The position numbers and the translations under genes were made by a program. From Ophelia neglecta (lineage: Eukaryota): a stretch of DNA of 64,000 nt. This document shows, in pieces, positions 42,701-58,900 of this stretch. The stretch spans positions 125,550,001 through 125,614,000 of the forward strand of contig OZ260661.1 in assembly GCA_965285935.1 (NCBI GenBank), in the 5' to 3' direction. The notes beneath the pieces are model-generated. The model was not told the origin of the DNA. It saw nothing but the letters and a program-made list of their open reading frames with translations, and ran no database searches. The first letter of the stretch is position 1. Every line of letters starts with the position of its first letter.

Positions 42701-44127
42701 ACTCACAACACCACCACCCCCCCCCCCCCCCCGTTGCCGAAAAAACTGGACTTGATACGCGACAGATAAAACAAAACCACAAGCCTAGCATAGTCCATGA
42801 AATATCGGTCTGAAATCATCAGGAACCAGCAGCCACCTCCCCAAACACATCACGGAAAAGTAAAACATAGGTTAAGGAATAGATCATCTATCATAGCAAT
42901 CAACAATTCCTTTGTGCTATCCAAAAACATCAACATAAAGCAAGAGATAATTTTTATGAGTATCTTTGTTTTTCCAGTTGCATTATGGTAATTTGTTTAA
43001 GTGCCTATCATGGTTCTTATCTCAAAGGTCAGGCTACACGAACTTTCATATTTTATGTCTGCGGTGTAATTGTAAAGTGAACGATGCATTTAGCTTAGAT
43101 ATAAGAAAACGGTTGAAAATTGTGATTCTTTAAGCTAGGATTTCATGCAAGTGTACCTTCTTCCTAAATTAATATGAGCAAAAAGAAAATGAATAATAAC
43201 ATCTCAGTGAGATTGGAAGATTGTTCTCTCATAAACGCAAAATACATATTACTGACAAAAACCGGAGTAGATACCCGGCAGACCATGCCAACTCATAGTT
43301 AAGAATAGTCAATAAAAATAGTGTCTCAAACTAACTACGGGTCCATGCACCCGGCGCTACCGGGAGCGGCTTGAGAACGGGGCCAGGTTAGTGGTATTTT
43401 CTCCCACAGGGCCGACAGCGCAGCATGACATACCGGGACTCCAAAAAACACATGATAACGAAATGATGTAAATGGTCCTTCATTAAAGAGAAAAAGGGTA
43501 TTAAATCTCTTCGATAGTGCAGTAAGAAATTTAAAGTGAACCAGACACGATTATATTCAGACTGGACATGTGCATATACAATATACTACGTAATATCAGT
43601 ATGAAGCAAAATCACATGACCCCTATCCCTAGGATGAGCTGAATAGATCACTCAGAGCCATCGCTGTCCTTCAAGGCGTAGGTGTTAAAACAATGGCAGC
43701 ATCGATAGTATTTGACCCTCCTCGAGCCTATTAGATTCCACAAGTCTTCGAGGCGAGTGTTATAATTGGATATTTGGTGGAATATTTATCCGAGAATATG
43801 AAAGATGCCCGTTTTAGCCTGCCGAGTTCGTATCACTAGATACGTATTTAAACACCAGTGGTACGTGTCCCCTGTCAACATCAGGCAGAAAAGTGCAAGG
43901 TCTTACAAGGCTACACGACTCGAAGAATACACCACAAGTGCTGGGGAAACAGGAATAATGTCATTAAGGAATAGACGTTAACTACTAGTATTAAAAGTGT
44001 ACTACGTGAAGCATTTAGAATTTATAAAAAAAAAAACATGTATTGTGTATCGCTACTTGGTAGCAACACACTTGCCAACGTCACTTATATACAGCTTTTT
44101 ATGTATCAGGAAATGATATAATGCAAT

Positions 44128-44185
44128 GGTCATGCCAAGGCATTTTATTTGTCATGCCAAGGCATTGTATTGGTCATGCCAAGGC
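44128..44185. repeat. 22-bp tandem repeat, about 2.6 copies
   Basis: GTCATGCCAAGGC occurs three times at 22-bp spacing. Confidence 0.9.
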
Positions 44186-46813
44186 TGCGGTTAAAGATTA
44201 ATCTGAGACGCAGCATATTCCCTGTTAATGCCAATAACAGAATATCTGCTGTAACTAAAGCGGTCAGATTTCAGTAGTGAAGTGAATATTTACCGGGTAT
44301 TGTCAAAATAGACGCAGAGTGCCAGCCACCTGCATTAAATTGCATTGTCCGTTTCAGAGCGCCTTATAGGAAATGTACTCAGGTAGCTTATTTGTGTACC
44401 TAACGACAACACCCAACCAACAGAACTGCAATGTAAAGTTAGATCCCAGTCGATGCTTCGTTTAAAAATATGCTTCGTATATTTGTTTTTCTAGACCACC
44501 CAACATGTCATTATACGGTTCAAATAATATCGACGAAATGGCATTTACCACAAAACATTCCATGGCCGGCAGGTTATAAAAGGGGGGGGGGAGAAATGAA
44601 ACGACATATTAAAAGAACGCGTTTAAAAGCAAATAGTCCCTTTTCTAAGCGATAATCCGTGATACTTGTTACTTTGTTTCATTGGTCCACCGATCTGCTA
44701 AACGAATAAAGACAAAAGAACACGTAATTTTAAGACCGGTTTTGATTCTAATGTTCAGTAACAAGGATTATGCTTGCAGTGGTCCGGTCCATGATGAATC
44801 CGGAACGATTTTTGTTCTCATAAATGAGACACGTTTTGCCCTTTACTCTGATATTAGCTTACCAGGATGACATGCCAATTACTATTCAGTTTACTTATGA
44901 GAGATGGACGCCGTGCCTGGGAAATTAAATACCTGTATGAACGGGTTTGATATAACAGTGAACTATTAAGCCGATAAGCTACTTATGTAGTTTTTCAGCT
45001 GCAGCCGCTGACATTGATATCAAGGCCACTGTTTTTTTTCCTGTGATGAGTTTTCTTTATAGACATCCACCGTATTAAGAGCTGCACACTCTACCATATG
45101 AGTCCCATTGTATATGTATGATGTATTGTCTTTCCTCTTTATTGCAAATGATAGCTACTCCCACATAGATAATACTTGGCCGTCGAGTAATACACACCTG
45201 TTTTATCGAACTTTGTTAAGCGCCCTTTATGCAACAGGTTTCTCGTCAATTCATTTAACTCACGAAAAGGCATGTAAGCCATCTCACTGGAGTATCTGTA
45301 TTTGTTATAAGCGTGGATCATCCTAGCGACCTACTGTTCCGAGAATGGAACATTCAAGTCTCGGAACCGTACCTGGTATCTACGTAATTCGGATCTAGTT
45401 TTCTTTGAAATGTATTTGAAACGTAATGTATAGGTAGTTTTTAGCCAGGCTAGCTTGGCTTATTCATTAGCTGTTTATAACGACCATTTCACAGTGGCAA
45501 ACTGGATGCTCTACATATGCCTACTGTGTCATAGGCGTTGTAGGGGTGTGTGTGTGTGGGGGGGGGAGGCTGCATGCTGCCTGTGTATATGTATTAAATA
45601 CGCGAATAAGTAAAATATGTTTCCCTGTGCATATACGTGTATGTTGATATAATAGGATTGTGCCATAGAACTCCTTATATGCAATATTTGATATATTAGA
45701 CTTGTGGATTTATTCCAGGGATGCCATTTAACCGATATTTAAGATGCTTGCTCATAAATTTCTGCCTGCGGTGCCTACAACACTCCGACTATATTACAAT
45801 TTGATTTTCGAACCAACACCAGACCTAAAACACTTACTCCTGAAATGCCAACTCTGATTCTTTGCAGATCTCAGTTGAAGGGAGACGATATGTACCTGAA
45901 TTTGTCAAAATAAACAAGATCAGTCCACCACCTGTTTTACATTTTTTGTCAAGCCACGACCTCTTGGCGCTAAGAAGATGTAATATTTACTCGAGTGTAC
46001 CTGTCGAGTATCCAATAACGGCTCTGGTCGGATTATTACACTATGGCTCGATCCTTAGTGCACGAAATGTAAGTACCTTCACTCGGGGGCCTACTGGATA
46101 CCTAGGATTCATGCAAGGCCTTTCCTTCTACATGTACTTACTTTATAAAGATGTAATTTGACACATGGCCTACCTAGATACCTATGCTAAATTTTGTAGA
46201 TATCCCATTCTTACAAAATGTAATATATTTCTTATACGTTTTGTCTACTGAGTGATAACCAAAAAAAACAATTCTAATTATTCTAGTCTGAAACTAATGC
46301 ACACAAATTTTTGATCTTCCGTCCCGCAGTTATTGGCTATATTTTCAGTAGCACATTTTTCTTACTACTTATATTACATATTTTTTGTACCTATTCGTCT
46401 TCTACCTATGATAATAATTATTATTGTCGTGTGATACTTTGAAATGTCATAGCGCCCAGCTCCTCTACGAATCACGCATGGACATTTTCCTCGTCGATGC
46501 GAATGTCCAACTGGGAGAAGGATCAAGCTCATCAACGGAAATTACTCAACGTGCTGGTGAGGCCTCCTGACAACCTAAGCCACTAGATCGTTAGAAGTGG
46601 CTGCGTGATAAAGTGGCTGCGCCGTGAAATGCTTAATTCCACATAAAACATTCCATCATACACTCGAGACGTTTTTTCCTGATGGTTGAAGTTGTTGGAA
46701 AATATATTTTAGCCGGAGGTCATTGCCTAATGCTAGTCGTAATATGGCTGTCAGATAATAACGGTATTGTATGTTTAATCGTATGAAAGGTATCCTATAT
46801 AACTGTGTACCTA

Positions 46814-46978
46814 CAGTAAACCTGGCCTAAATGACACCTGACAATTAAGGACACATTGACTTTTAAGGACATTGTTTTTAGTACGGTTGTAATATTTTAC
46901 ATGTAGATTACCCTGTGAAATAAGGACAACTGAGAAAAGAGGACTGATTTCCCAGGTCCTAATTATCAGTTTTCACTG
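46814..46978. mobile_element. MITE, Tc1/mariner-pogo-like
   Basis: TA-CAGTAAACCTG ... CAGTTTTCACTG-TA termini, internal repeated TAAGGACA motif, same architecture as 59627-59804. Confidence 0.65.
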
Positions 46979-49900
46979 TATTACAAATCCAAGTTTATTT
47001 AACCGAAGTTCCGAGATGTATATTGGCCCGTTCCAAGATACGTCAATATTACTCATGCATAGACTATAAATAATAAAACGACGAAACACTGTTGATGTAT
47101 TGGTAGTGATCGGTGTGTGATGCAACAAACAAAGGCCGACGTTTATCTTGAAACATCGATGCATTTTCTACATTATTTTACACGGAATTTGTATGCACCT
47201 GATTAAGTTTGGACCCAAACCCTGCCTCTAATGAAGAGAATGTTGTTTATAACTTCAATTTGCGACATATTCATTAACAGAATATAAACTATCAGCTAAA
47301 CGATAACTCACGCTGCGTCTTGGCTAAATTCAAACGCCAAACAAGTTTTCAACAAAGGTTTTTTGTTTTGATATGTAGGACTGAAGAGCAACTTCAACCG
47401 TCATTATAATTAATATTTGAGGCATATTACAAGGAACAGGTTGTTTTCGTTTATCATACTTGAAAAAAGGCCAAACGCAGTCTTGTATCTTGAACAACTC
47501 TCAAAATCCTAGCTAAACATCATTTCGTTTTTTTGTCAAATAAAACGATGGCTTTCATATAAGGGTTACCTGATGCCTTTTTCGTTGACAGTCTCTTATT
47601 TACTCTTCGAACATCGGTATTGCCAAACACAATGGCTGGTCAATTTTTCCTACTGGCTAAAGGGAATTATATTTATGAAGAATATGACAAGACCAACATT
47701 TCGCAAGTTGCTCGGGTTTCCACATTAGTGTTTATTTCCAAAGCCAAGTCCAATGCTACTGTTTTTGTACATGCGAACACTGAAAACCTGGATACCCAGT
47801 ATAGAGAATAGAATACTATATCATCGATCTATCGAAATCTGATCCTTAGACTAACAGGGGTATATCAATATGCACATGTATAGATTACATATTTGGTTAG
47901 TATATATAAGCCACCCCGGTGGGTATTTTGCCGCAGTTTGCCCTCACATTAAAACTGGCAAAGGTTTCCATTTCTGATAACTCACATTTCTATGTTTAAT
48001 CGAATCAAATCTCATCTTCCTCCAAATATGTAATATATGTATTACCATGGGAGTGGGGAGGAATGCAGTATCGTAGCTATTAACGTTTGTAACTTTTGCT
48101 TTCATGCTCTCTACTTTACATGTGTGTGTCGATCATTGCAGTTATAAATAAGGATTATTAAAAACAATAAATTGGACTTAAGTTTTTGTGTGTAAATAAG
48201 GTATAATGAAAAAAAAGATATAAACTCATATAAAATGAAAATAATTTATTCATATTCTATTATGTTCAGGAAAGTATGGGATTGGTACGTAACTGGAGTT
48301 TCTATTGTGTATGCCTTCATGATTAATTCGACTTTCGCTGCAATACGAACACGTGTGTGAGAAATGCCACCAGGAAAGTCCCAATGTGTTGCGGGAATAG
48401 ACCACCCTAGTTCAAAGCTGGATATATATTTACCTTGGTCACTCGCTGGTGATTAAGAACATTGACACATGTCAGCCTCAGGGACACACTGCTAGCACTG
48501 AACTCCCCATCGGCCACGGCTTAATATGAACACGTGTCACTTTTGCGCTGCCTCTCAAGTTACAAAATTTCAATATGAAAGTTATTATGTGCACATCACA
48601 TTGCTTTTATTTTCGCTTATTTCATCTTTTCAAAACTTAAAAATACCTATTTCCTATCGCCCCTCTAAAAAATTATCTTTAACCTGTCTCGTATCCACTC
48701 CCGTTTTTTACTTTATGTTATAAAACCATGTTATCTAGTATTTCCGGATCTATTGTTATAACTGAACTGGTCAGAAGACATTCATGGAGGTACTATTTTC
48801 CAAAGTCTCCATTTCATTCCTTGCTCTTCCTTTGACGTTATCAATAAAAATGATGTGCGTGTGCGTTTGAAACTTCTTTGTCGGCCGAATTCTTGTTCGT
48901 CATCTTTTTTGCATTAAACATTTGTCATGTACATATACTATCGAAATTCTGGATTTGCAAGAAAGGCTATTGTGTGGTGAATACTTAATATTTTCAGCAA
49001 GCGTTTGCAACTGGAAGCAAAGAAATCAAAAACAGTTAATACCATTAAAAAGGCAATGGTAAAAATCACTAATGGGTTAAATGAAAGGCATCCAAACTTC
49101 AAAGCGGTTAAGTATAACAGAAATATTGCTGACATGTTTGCAGAGTCATATTTCGTGTTTTTGTCTTCCCATATTTTCCTTATGTCCGTTAAAACGATAT
49201 ATATTTAAGATATCTTCCTTTATTCAGAAAAGACTTCGTTTTATCCGTATCCTAAACATACATTACATATTCTTTAAAAAGTTCATATTGCTAAATGTCA
49301 GTTCAAATAATGACTACGCGAATCAGCCTGTTGCTTAAACCAGTCCTAAAACTATTGCTGTGTAATAAAATGCCACAGGCTTGGTTTCACAAGTGTAGCT
49401 AATATCAAATGACTTTAAGCAATGGACGCCGGTTGCACATAATCAGTGCGAAATTGTTCATGTTACGCCACATGCAATCGGAGAGATTTTCTTTCTGATT
49501 TTCTTATGTCTGCACGACTAGCGTTACAATTAATTGGAAAGAACAGCACGCATGTTATATTAACAATACCTTATCGTGTTTGTCTGCATCTTGTACAAGC
49601 CGGCTGGTATTACCTTGCTGATAAATTCACAAAGGTTCTGTGTACAATTATCATGTAATAATATGTGTACTTTACCATGTTTTAAATATGGTGGGGACGT
49701 GTCTCCACCATTGAAGTAGTCCTTGCAATCGACAACTTAAAAGGTAAATTTGAACGTAGGTAAAGGACAATTCAATGCATGATGTTTTCGAGAAGAAGCT
49801 GAATGGCTCTTTTTCTTCATCTTAGACTGAAAAGGAACACAGAATCCGATGCATTGAAACCGAAGCGTGTTGGAATATTGGATAAGCAGAAATGGTTTAA

Positions 49901-52900
49901 TATCAAGATATATCAAATAAGCCTGATGCAAACAACAGGCACTTCCAGCCGGAGTACTAAAAGCAACCAATATTGGCACCAAGAATGGTCATATCATAGC
50001 AATGCAGAAAAGGCTATGTTTTTAAGGTCTACAAAAAAATTGGTATCCACAATGTTTCAGGGGCGTTCTGTTCCCTTTACAGTTTGGGCGCTAGATATTT
50101 ATTTGCTGATGTGAGTAGGGGTGTGGCTCCTGGTTCGCATTGAATTCGGAACGATATAATGTACTCCGCTTGATTAAAGATTTGGGCTTGTCGAATGCCT
50201 TGTATGCGGAACAAACAGCATACTCTTTTATGTTAGATTACATTTTATTTTGACACTCCTTGTTTATCATCTGGGCTAGTGAGAGTTAAACTCAGAACAT
50301 GGATTGTCCAGGGGCCTTTAGTGGAATCAGCTTTAGATCAGTTTCGATGTAATTCCTACTTATCAAATACAACGGGAGGGTTTTGTGTTTGTTCCACTGA
50401 CAACAATTTCCCACCAATATAATAATGGCTTTTTCGCCTACAACATCAATCAAATTTCAGCAATCTTGCATTTGGACGAAATATCAAACACCACCATAAG
50501 AATTTTATCCTTTTATCTCATCGAAGGCATATGCTGTTACTTGTTACCAAAGTTCATGCCTGCAAGTTAACCATGCCTCTCATAAGCACTCTTGAGCTAT
50601 CACAGCTTTTGAAGAAGCTGAGAATGAACAAAGCCATGGATTGTTTGTTACCATTATATCTTTAGTATTTCAGGTGTTACGGCTTTAATAGTTGTCGATA
50701 TTTTACTTGCCGGCCTGAGAATATTGCAGATAATAGCATTCAGTTTCCATTCTTCTTTCATCAAGTCACGATACATATATTTTGTACGTATATGTATCTT
50801 AAACCCATATAAATAAGCATAAATCGACATGCTAAAGATGAACAAAGAGGATAGAATCCTCCAGCTAAATGACCACTCAAACAAAGGAAATAATTCCATA
50901 AAATTATATCGAAATGATATAACGTAAAAATAATGAACTTGTACAGGTCCAATATGATAAAACAGACAAGGTGTAAGATGATATGAGTACAAGTAGCCGA
51001 ATAAAGACAAAAATCCCGATTTTGATGAAGAACACTCTGTGTAAACAAGTTGTATTCTTACAACAAGAGGATGATTATTTATAATACGTATGATGAATAA
51101 AATAGGATATCGAATCTCATCCTACTTTTGCAGTCGGCGTTTTATGTTGCATCCCCTGCCGCTCTGTGAAAATGAGCATTCTTGTTCCAAAATGTATTTA
51201 TACTGATTTTTTCACGTCAAAACAATATTTCTCTTTGCTTTTGAATAGGTACTATTTTGAACGGATGTACCCTTTGTACTTGTATTTAACTTCAGAACGT
51301 GTCTCCACTTATGTCTCAAATGGCAGAAGAAGCTTGGACTGGACATATAGATCAATGTAACCACTTGTTCTGGTGTTTTTATGGAAGAATAACAATCTAG
51401 AGAAACGTTACCAATATGTATAGACCTACAAGAATGAAAAGGCCGAACATAAAAAACAACATCATTTCATGTCTGTGTAGCTTTGAAAAATCCTCTTCTT
51501 TCTTACTGATCGATGTATAACTTAACTCATGCACTAAAATAACATATGTTTATGTTGCATATCTAAATCAGAGATAATATTTTCTTATGTTAGAAAGCCT
51601 ATTTCCAGAAAATATGAGACGTTCATAAACCAAATATTGATGCAAATACGAGAATTGTACCGAAGAAACAAATGGCAACTACTTTACTCCAGGACATGTC
51701 TGATTACATTGAATTACATTGTGTAGCTTTGACTATTATGTTATTTGACGAGTAAATTGTGATTTTCTAATACAAAATTATCATGCTACTATGGGTAGCC
51801 TATCACCTAGTTATGCCACAGCCTTTGTCTTAATGCTAGCATTCACCAGTTCATCCAACAGAATGTACCTTATACGTTCCCACTCGTCTTTCGTCAAACA
51901 AAATATATTTGACAGATATTCAGATAAGTCAGGCTGGTGATAAAATCACGTTGTGCTAATAATGTATTTGCAAGGATTTGCTTTTTCTCCGAAGGCCTTT
52001 TTTACGAATTTTTGAAACTAAGTAAAAAAAACAGGAGAAATTGTTTAGCAGAACAATTCATAGCAGGCAATACTGTTAGAAATGATATTCGTTATCGACG
52101 AAGCTTGTTGGAGCATGTGAGAAATATTTATAAATGATAAATATATCTGAGAAAATACATAACATTTATTCACGGTGCATATCTTGCATATAAATAGAAA
52201 ACAGAATTTCGCTGAGAGCCACCGGTGGATCTGAGGTGCTAAGATAAATTATCAAGTTATCCTTGTTATGACAATATGGCATCTTTAGGCTATGACCTAA
52301 GTGCCTGGAAAATAACTTAAGTGCATTTTGCCCACATCATGGTAATGTTATGATACTCCTAAACTTGTGTATCCGCAAGAAACAGTCAGCTACTGAAGCA
52401 CTATTAATAGTGATCTTGTTGTGGATTATCAAAGTATGTTTGTCGTCCGTGATAAAAAGCAGAACAGATGTCAAAATAGTTAATAAATATTCAAAACCTT
52501 ACAAATCGGTCCGAAATCGCAAACAACTGTCAGCTGCAGGCCGCAAATATCCATCCCCCTTTACCACACTGTAAGTTAGCTTGTAAAGATTTTTGTTTAA
52601 ATGAACAAATTGCAATCAGTATTAGTCGGCAGTTTGTTATGATGTGTCTGAGAGCACAAAACAAACGAATTAGTGGTCAACGTAAACTGACAAAATATGT
52701 GCCCCGAGGGATTTTGATCTAGGCTATAGTCGGAGGAGTATATAAGCAATGTTATAATAGTTTCTTAATTCATTTCCGCCATTTTTTCCAATTTTGGCTT
52801 TTCTTTACTTTACTATGATTATTTTCCATAGTGTTATTATGTGTCCGATATTTCGATGCATTTAGCTTGTTTATAAAGGTGTGTGTTGTACAGTTTACAG

Positions 52901-55900
52901 TTCATTGCTGACTTGTTTATACATCATCGTAAAAATATGTACATAACAAACATCGGTAAAATATGTACATAAATAAAATATAAATAAATACAATAAGCAC
53001 ATCTTCATTAAAACAAAAATGAGTACGTACACAAATAAATCATCTACGATGATTTATAATTGGTGCCTTAAGTGAGTGGATTTAAAATACGCTCCCTCGC
53101 CTCAAACATCGCATATAGCATTTAAGAAAGAGTTTTTGTCACATATTTATCCTAAGATGACAGAATGGCAACCAGACGATGCTCATCCTCCATGTTACAT
53201 AAGTTTGGCATTACATTACGTATTAATGATACAAAAGTCTGCCTCACGTTATTAAGTTTTACACATTTTAAAAGAAAATGCTTTTCATCCTCAATACCCA
53301 AGCAGCATAGATGACATATTCGAAGTTCTAAGGCGACCCTTTTAAAATTCCAAGTCGCGGCTACTGAGTCTTAACCTTGGCATTATATGGCCTAACTTAC
53401 AATCAGTGATACAACTGGTGTACAATCCAGTTCGAAAGAAGACTTATATAAACTATACTTTCTAAGCTTAGTTTGGTCGACCAGGGAGATAAATGAAGAG
53501 AGCCATACATTGACATAATGAGATTGTAAGTGCCGTTTAAAACCATCAACTATAGTATTCTCATTGACACAATGACTACACTGGAGTCAGATGGTGTGAG
53601 TGACACACTAGTCGGTCCCTGATGGTTTCGGACTATCATTGATGGATGATTTTGCTGTCTGCCGGGTATCCCCCTTCCTTTATTCAGCACACATTAATGC
53701 ATATTAATTATTATTGTTACAAACAGTGGTAGCCAGTACTCTATCAGTAGTTCTCTCCAGATATGACAACATAACATACACTCTTGTGTTTTCTGTAGTC
53801 TAAACGACGACGATGCCGGGCAGTACATGCTTGTGGGCTGCATATGTATACCAACACGAATCAATATGATACGCTGACTGTGAGCATCAATTAAATCCTC
53901 GCCAATACGAGACTATTTTTTTAAATCTCGATATCATGAAATGTTTACATACAATAAACGATTTTGATATCAATTTTCTCGTATTTAATTCATAGTAAAT
54001 CTTCAAAGACAATAAAGCGAGTGCAAAGCTGATCCCTGTAATTCCAGATAAACTTCAATTAAACTTTTGACTACATTATTATTATAATCAGTTAAATCTA
54101 AATACACTACATTATCATGTGAATTCCCTTCGGAAATCATGTGGTTTAATTAGGAGCATGCAAATTCTAGTGCACTTGTACAGACATTACCATCGTAGGT
54201 GATTACAGGTGAATACTTTGCGATACTAAGTTTCGTCGTGATCACTATAAGAATAGGGGCGTATTGGAAAACAACTTTCATTCCTTCAAGAGAATGTATT
54301 CAAGAAAAAACTGTATTGTCTTCAGCGCAAAATCACAAAGCAAAATCGTTAATCAAGAATATTCCATTACACCTGTCCGAACTCGTTAGGAACCATCAGT
54401 AGTAGACACAGAAACAGTAATTCCCAGTTCCCTAACGCCAGTTCCCTAACGTTAAATAAGCATAAAACGAATTGTTAAAAAAAATTGAATTGATCAAAGT
54501 TGCACCTGTTAGGACATCATGAAACATATGGCATACACTATGACATATATGTGTTATAGGTGAAAAGAGTTGGAAACTGTTGGGCGACACCTGTAAGACT
54601 AATAGCTCACAATACCATCTCCCATCGCTGTACACATATGCAATGTTATTTTATATACGTCCCTACTTCATCAATCACCTTTATTAATGGACCGTGCCGA
54701 CACTAACCTAACTGAAATCATAGGCAGGAGCTCTAAATATTTGGATTCAATGTAATTACTTGGATCCAATATAGATATCTTGAATCCAACATAAGAGAAA
54801 TTCCCAAAAGAAATATACGCCATACAGGGCGTCACTGGAAAATACCTCATACTCTCGTACACAACCAACTAAAAAAATTCACAACAGCTTAAGAGCAACC
54901 AACCAATACGCAAAAAAAGAAGTTATAAATCCCTAGGTAACTCTAAGGTTTCATCACAATGGGTTCAATAGATTCATTACTGTACAACTGAAATACTTTA
55001 TATATTTATATTGAATTCATATAAATATAAAAACGTGAATGAGTACCCAACCACACAAACCAAAATCGACGGTTTATTTTTACTTGGCTGTAGCAACAAA
55101 TATTACCTAGCATCCAGAAACCCTCACCACCTCCTTTATCACACAAAATCATAGGGCATTCTAGGCATGAGTTGCCAAAATCCCACGAGGCCTTTTGTAA
55201 GAAAATACCGAACACAAAGATATTCACGCAGTCTAAAGTAGATCACATTAGAATCCCATGTACATATATATATATTACCTTACCTACTGATAAGTTTGCC
55301 GATACTAAAATACCACTCACCGTTTACTGATAACTAGATAACCGTCATGTTAAAACTATCACCTTGTGTCACCTGATACAGGTTCCAAATTGATACGCTG
55401 TTCACAAACCGCGAGAGTGTACGTTCTCCCATTAAATGTTAGCATTTTCCACATTACCACACTATGCATTAGATGCAGACCAATTTAGGAACGTATCTCA
55501 TTGTAAGGAAATGTCAAGTTACCGAATGTTATCCAATGTGGTTTTGTATCACACACCCCCCCCCCCCCGCCCCCGACCCCCCGCCCATCCCGGCCAAAAC
55601 AGCCGTATCTTCGGACGCGCAAGAAAACTTGACAACAATAGACTATAAACAAAAGGTTAAAATGATAACTGTGAACTTTCATACGTTGGCGCAAAAATCC
55701 CATATTATTCATTAGGTTTTGTTAAATCCAAATTAAAGGGATACAAAAATCGGCATAGGTAGCTTAAGCAAAATCATTTCCATCTATGTTTGTAGCATGT
55801 TGAGTAATTAAGGCATCTTCGCTTCACAAAACAAAAATCATAAATGGCAATTGTTTTCCCATAAGGAAAGCCGAATGTGTAAACATCTAATGTAAGAATA

Positions 55901-58900
55901 CAACGAAAATATTGACAGAGCTAATGCTTCGAAAATAGCAAGTTATTTCGCCTTCATTACAGATGCAGGGACAAAAGAGAAAGAGAACAGTAAGAAGAGT
56001 GGACATTAATAGGTCACTGCCATTAAAAGCTTTTAATGGGGTGTGTGTATTGTGTTTATATTATCATGGAACTCTTAATAAAAGAATATCATTTATCAAA
56101 CTGGTGGCAGAACTAAGGTCCTCTATTCATGGGTAGTACTTAACATAGCACAGAGGGATTGTGTAATATATGGTGCCTGTATATATTATCACGGCTCAAA
56201 CTGCACTTGAAAAAAGAAATATTGTAAGATTTTATAATCTTGATTTGTAAAATGTATTCTTCTAACATTTATGTTACGCAACGACAAAGGTGTACAGCAA
56301 ACGACATTATTAATCGATCTCTCGTACAAAGATAAAAACTCGCCATTGTGTTAAAACGGAAGACTCTACGTTGTGGAGAAATTAAGCTTTGTTTTCTGCA
56401 GCTCTTTTATGCTCAGTCTATGCATTTTTTTCTAGAATATATTTATTTCTTTATTTTTTACCCAACGCAATAATATAAAAAGTATAAGATAAGATTATTT
56501 ACGTTCGATGGGTCATTCTCCTTAGCTGTGTTACAATAGATTTTAAATTGTGTGACTTGTGTTAGCACTAATAACTAATTCCTATTTCATGTCTTCACAT
56601 AGCGTACGCCCAAAATAAACAGTGGTACTTTGCCAACGGCAGCAGGTGCTGCAACTGCTTCTAAAATTCGTGGTCTACAGTTTATTTAAAATATCTATGA
56701 ATATAAGCAATTTTTTTCTTGCCAACGTGCACTTTTTAACTAACAGAGTAATATAACGTTTTGAAATTGAAAAAAAAGAATCTCAATTAATTCTTCATTG
56801 CATTTTTCAGAATATTTTTGTCTTTGTGCATACCATCAGACATGCTTCGTATTGTCACTACGGCAAGGGATCGGTAGAATGGCTTTGTGCACAGTAATAC
56901 ATAAGAGAAATTTGTCCTGCTTTTATGCTATGGAATTGAACTAATCAAGTAGCACACGAATAAAAGTTAGCACTGTCATGTACATAATATTCTAAAAATG
57001 TATTGTCTGTTCGGACCTATCTGTCAGTAGACCAGTGTGACCGTAAAATAATAAATAACGGAAAGTCGTGATTGTGTTACTGGTGATAATGCATGGGAAA
57101 ATAATCTTTTTCTAGAAAAGATATTCCATTGTAATTCGGAATGAACTGTTATGTAATATTGAAACTCTATTAATTTCGATTGTCGATCTGACTTATTTCG
57201 CTACAAAACCAGGCAGGCCCGTGATTCAAAATGACTGCTTTGAAAAGCATTCAACAAAAACCGAGCTTACCGATAGAGATGTTGATCAGGCTGCCTTTGG
57301 GGTATTAAGTTCAATTTCAAGAAGATAGACATTTGATAGAAAGTAATTTCCTTTCCGTTCATTTTTTATTGTTCTTGGTCGTCTACATTTAAATGGCTAT
57401 CACGAAGACAGATGATAACATAAACAAGACTAGGCTTAAGGCTCTATGATTGGACTTTTTTAGCTTATAAGTCGTAAAACCAAGAAGTTTTACTACAATG
57501 TTCATTAGACATGGTATCAATTAAAATATTCACTTTATTATATGATCTAGTTCCTTCCTTGCATGAAATTTGTAAGCGTTATATATCCCTTGCGCAAAGA
57601 TAAATTTGTATTCATATATGGCCATTCTTTAAGAAAAACTACCACCGAAAGAGACTTAAGTATTCAGTGAGCATCTAAGTGAGATTCGGTTATGCATGTA
57701 ACATTCACTCGGGAGTTCAGTCGACACTGTAGCCTCCCAGACGCTGAAAAACGATCACCATATAGAGTTTCTGAGGCAAATTATGCATAGGTAAATTCAT
57801 ATACTCCGACTCTCATAGCAGTTTAATATTTATGAACGACAAGGAAAAGTATCTCAGGAGTAGGTTCTTTGGCGATTTAGTATACACAAGGTAGATATAT
57901 ATTGGTATATGTTACAGGATATACATTCTATTATTTTATTGCTATAATGAAATTTGTACTTACAGGCTTTGTAAATGATATCACGTTTACATGATATGTG
58001 CATGTCGATAATAATAAATAAACTGCTAATAAAAAAAGAAAAAAAATAGAGTTTCCGAGCTAACATTGACTATTTAGTAGATGAAGGGTGAATGATGGCT
58101 GACTTGTTCTTAATAAGAAGATTCTTGAGAAAAGGGGCAAATGGGAGCCTGTTGTTCTAATAGCCAACTTCCACAGAGATGTTCATGATGAAAGGCCTCG
58201 CAAAGAAATACTTGTTTATGTATTTTATTGAAATGCAATGAATTTATTTGCATCCGCACATTTAACACTTTGGTATACATTTGAAATATTCAATATATAA
58301 ACAATTAAGGCTTCAAAATAGTTGAAATGTTTAGGTGAATTTGTAGCGAAGTGTTTCAAGCACGCATAGGTGCCGCACAGTACAGCTAACAGGAATGGTT
58401 GCTGTTCATTTGCTATTTTAATACCCTAATTCCCCATAAAAGGCATAAAAACCGGCAACTGGGGATGAATGTATATGAGCCCTTGGCTGCAGACTCCGGA
58501 TGGCCTCGGACCGATGAAATAGACTATTCTTGTTAGGGCTTTTGCTCTGTCTGTTTGGTATCAACTTCACGGCACCAATCAAAAAACTCCTACCAATTAA
58601 ACAAACAATTTAAAGGTTAATGGTCATTCATAAGTCATAAATTAATGGAATGGCCAACTTTCGGACTACACAATTTCATGTTTTGATATTAATATCATAA
58701 AGATGCATGGACTAAACAATAACAATGTATGTACACAGTTTTTCCTGTACTAAACGAATTGAGAAAAATGGTGGAATGATGGTTCTTGGGGGAGGGGTAT
58801 AGTTTACTATGATAGTAAATGTTTGCCAACTGTCTTCTTTTATTTGAATGTTTTATTTTTGTTGTCGGATTAATGACAAAAGGGATATAACAAGGTATTT

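Noticed and set aside
50575-50665. Minus-strand peptide KDIMVTNNPWLCSFSASSKAV, faintly like PAC pre-TM2 (QDIVTANPWNTIALLCGAFLALFKA)
   Set aside because: No hydrophobic helix, an early stop and no usable acceptor; an NPW tripeptide is expected by chance in 64 kb. Recheck with tBLASTn, since a real hit would argue for decayed full gene copies.
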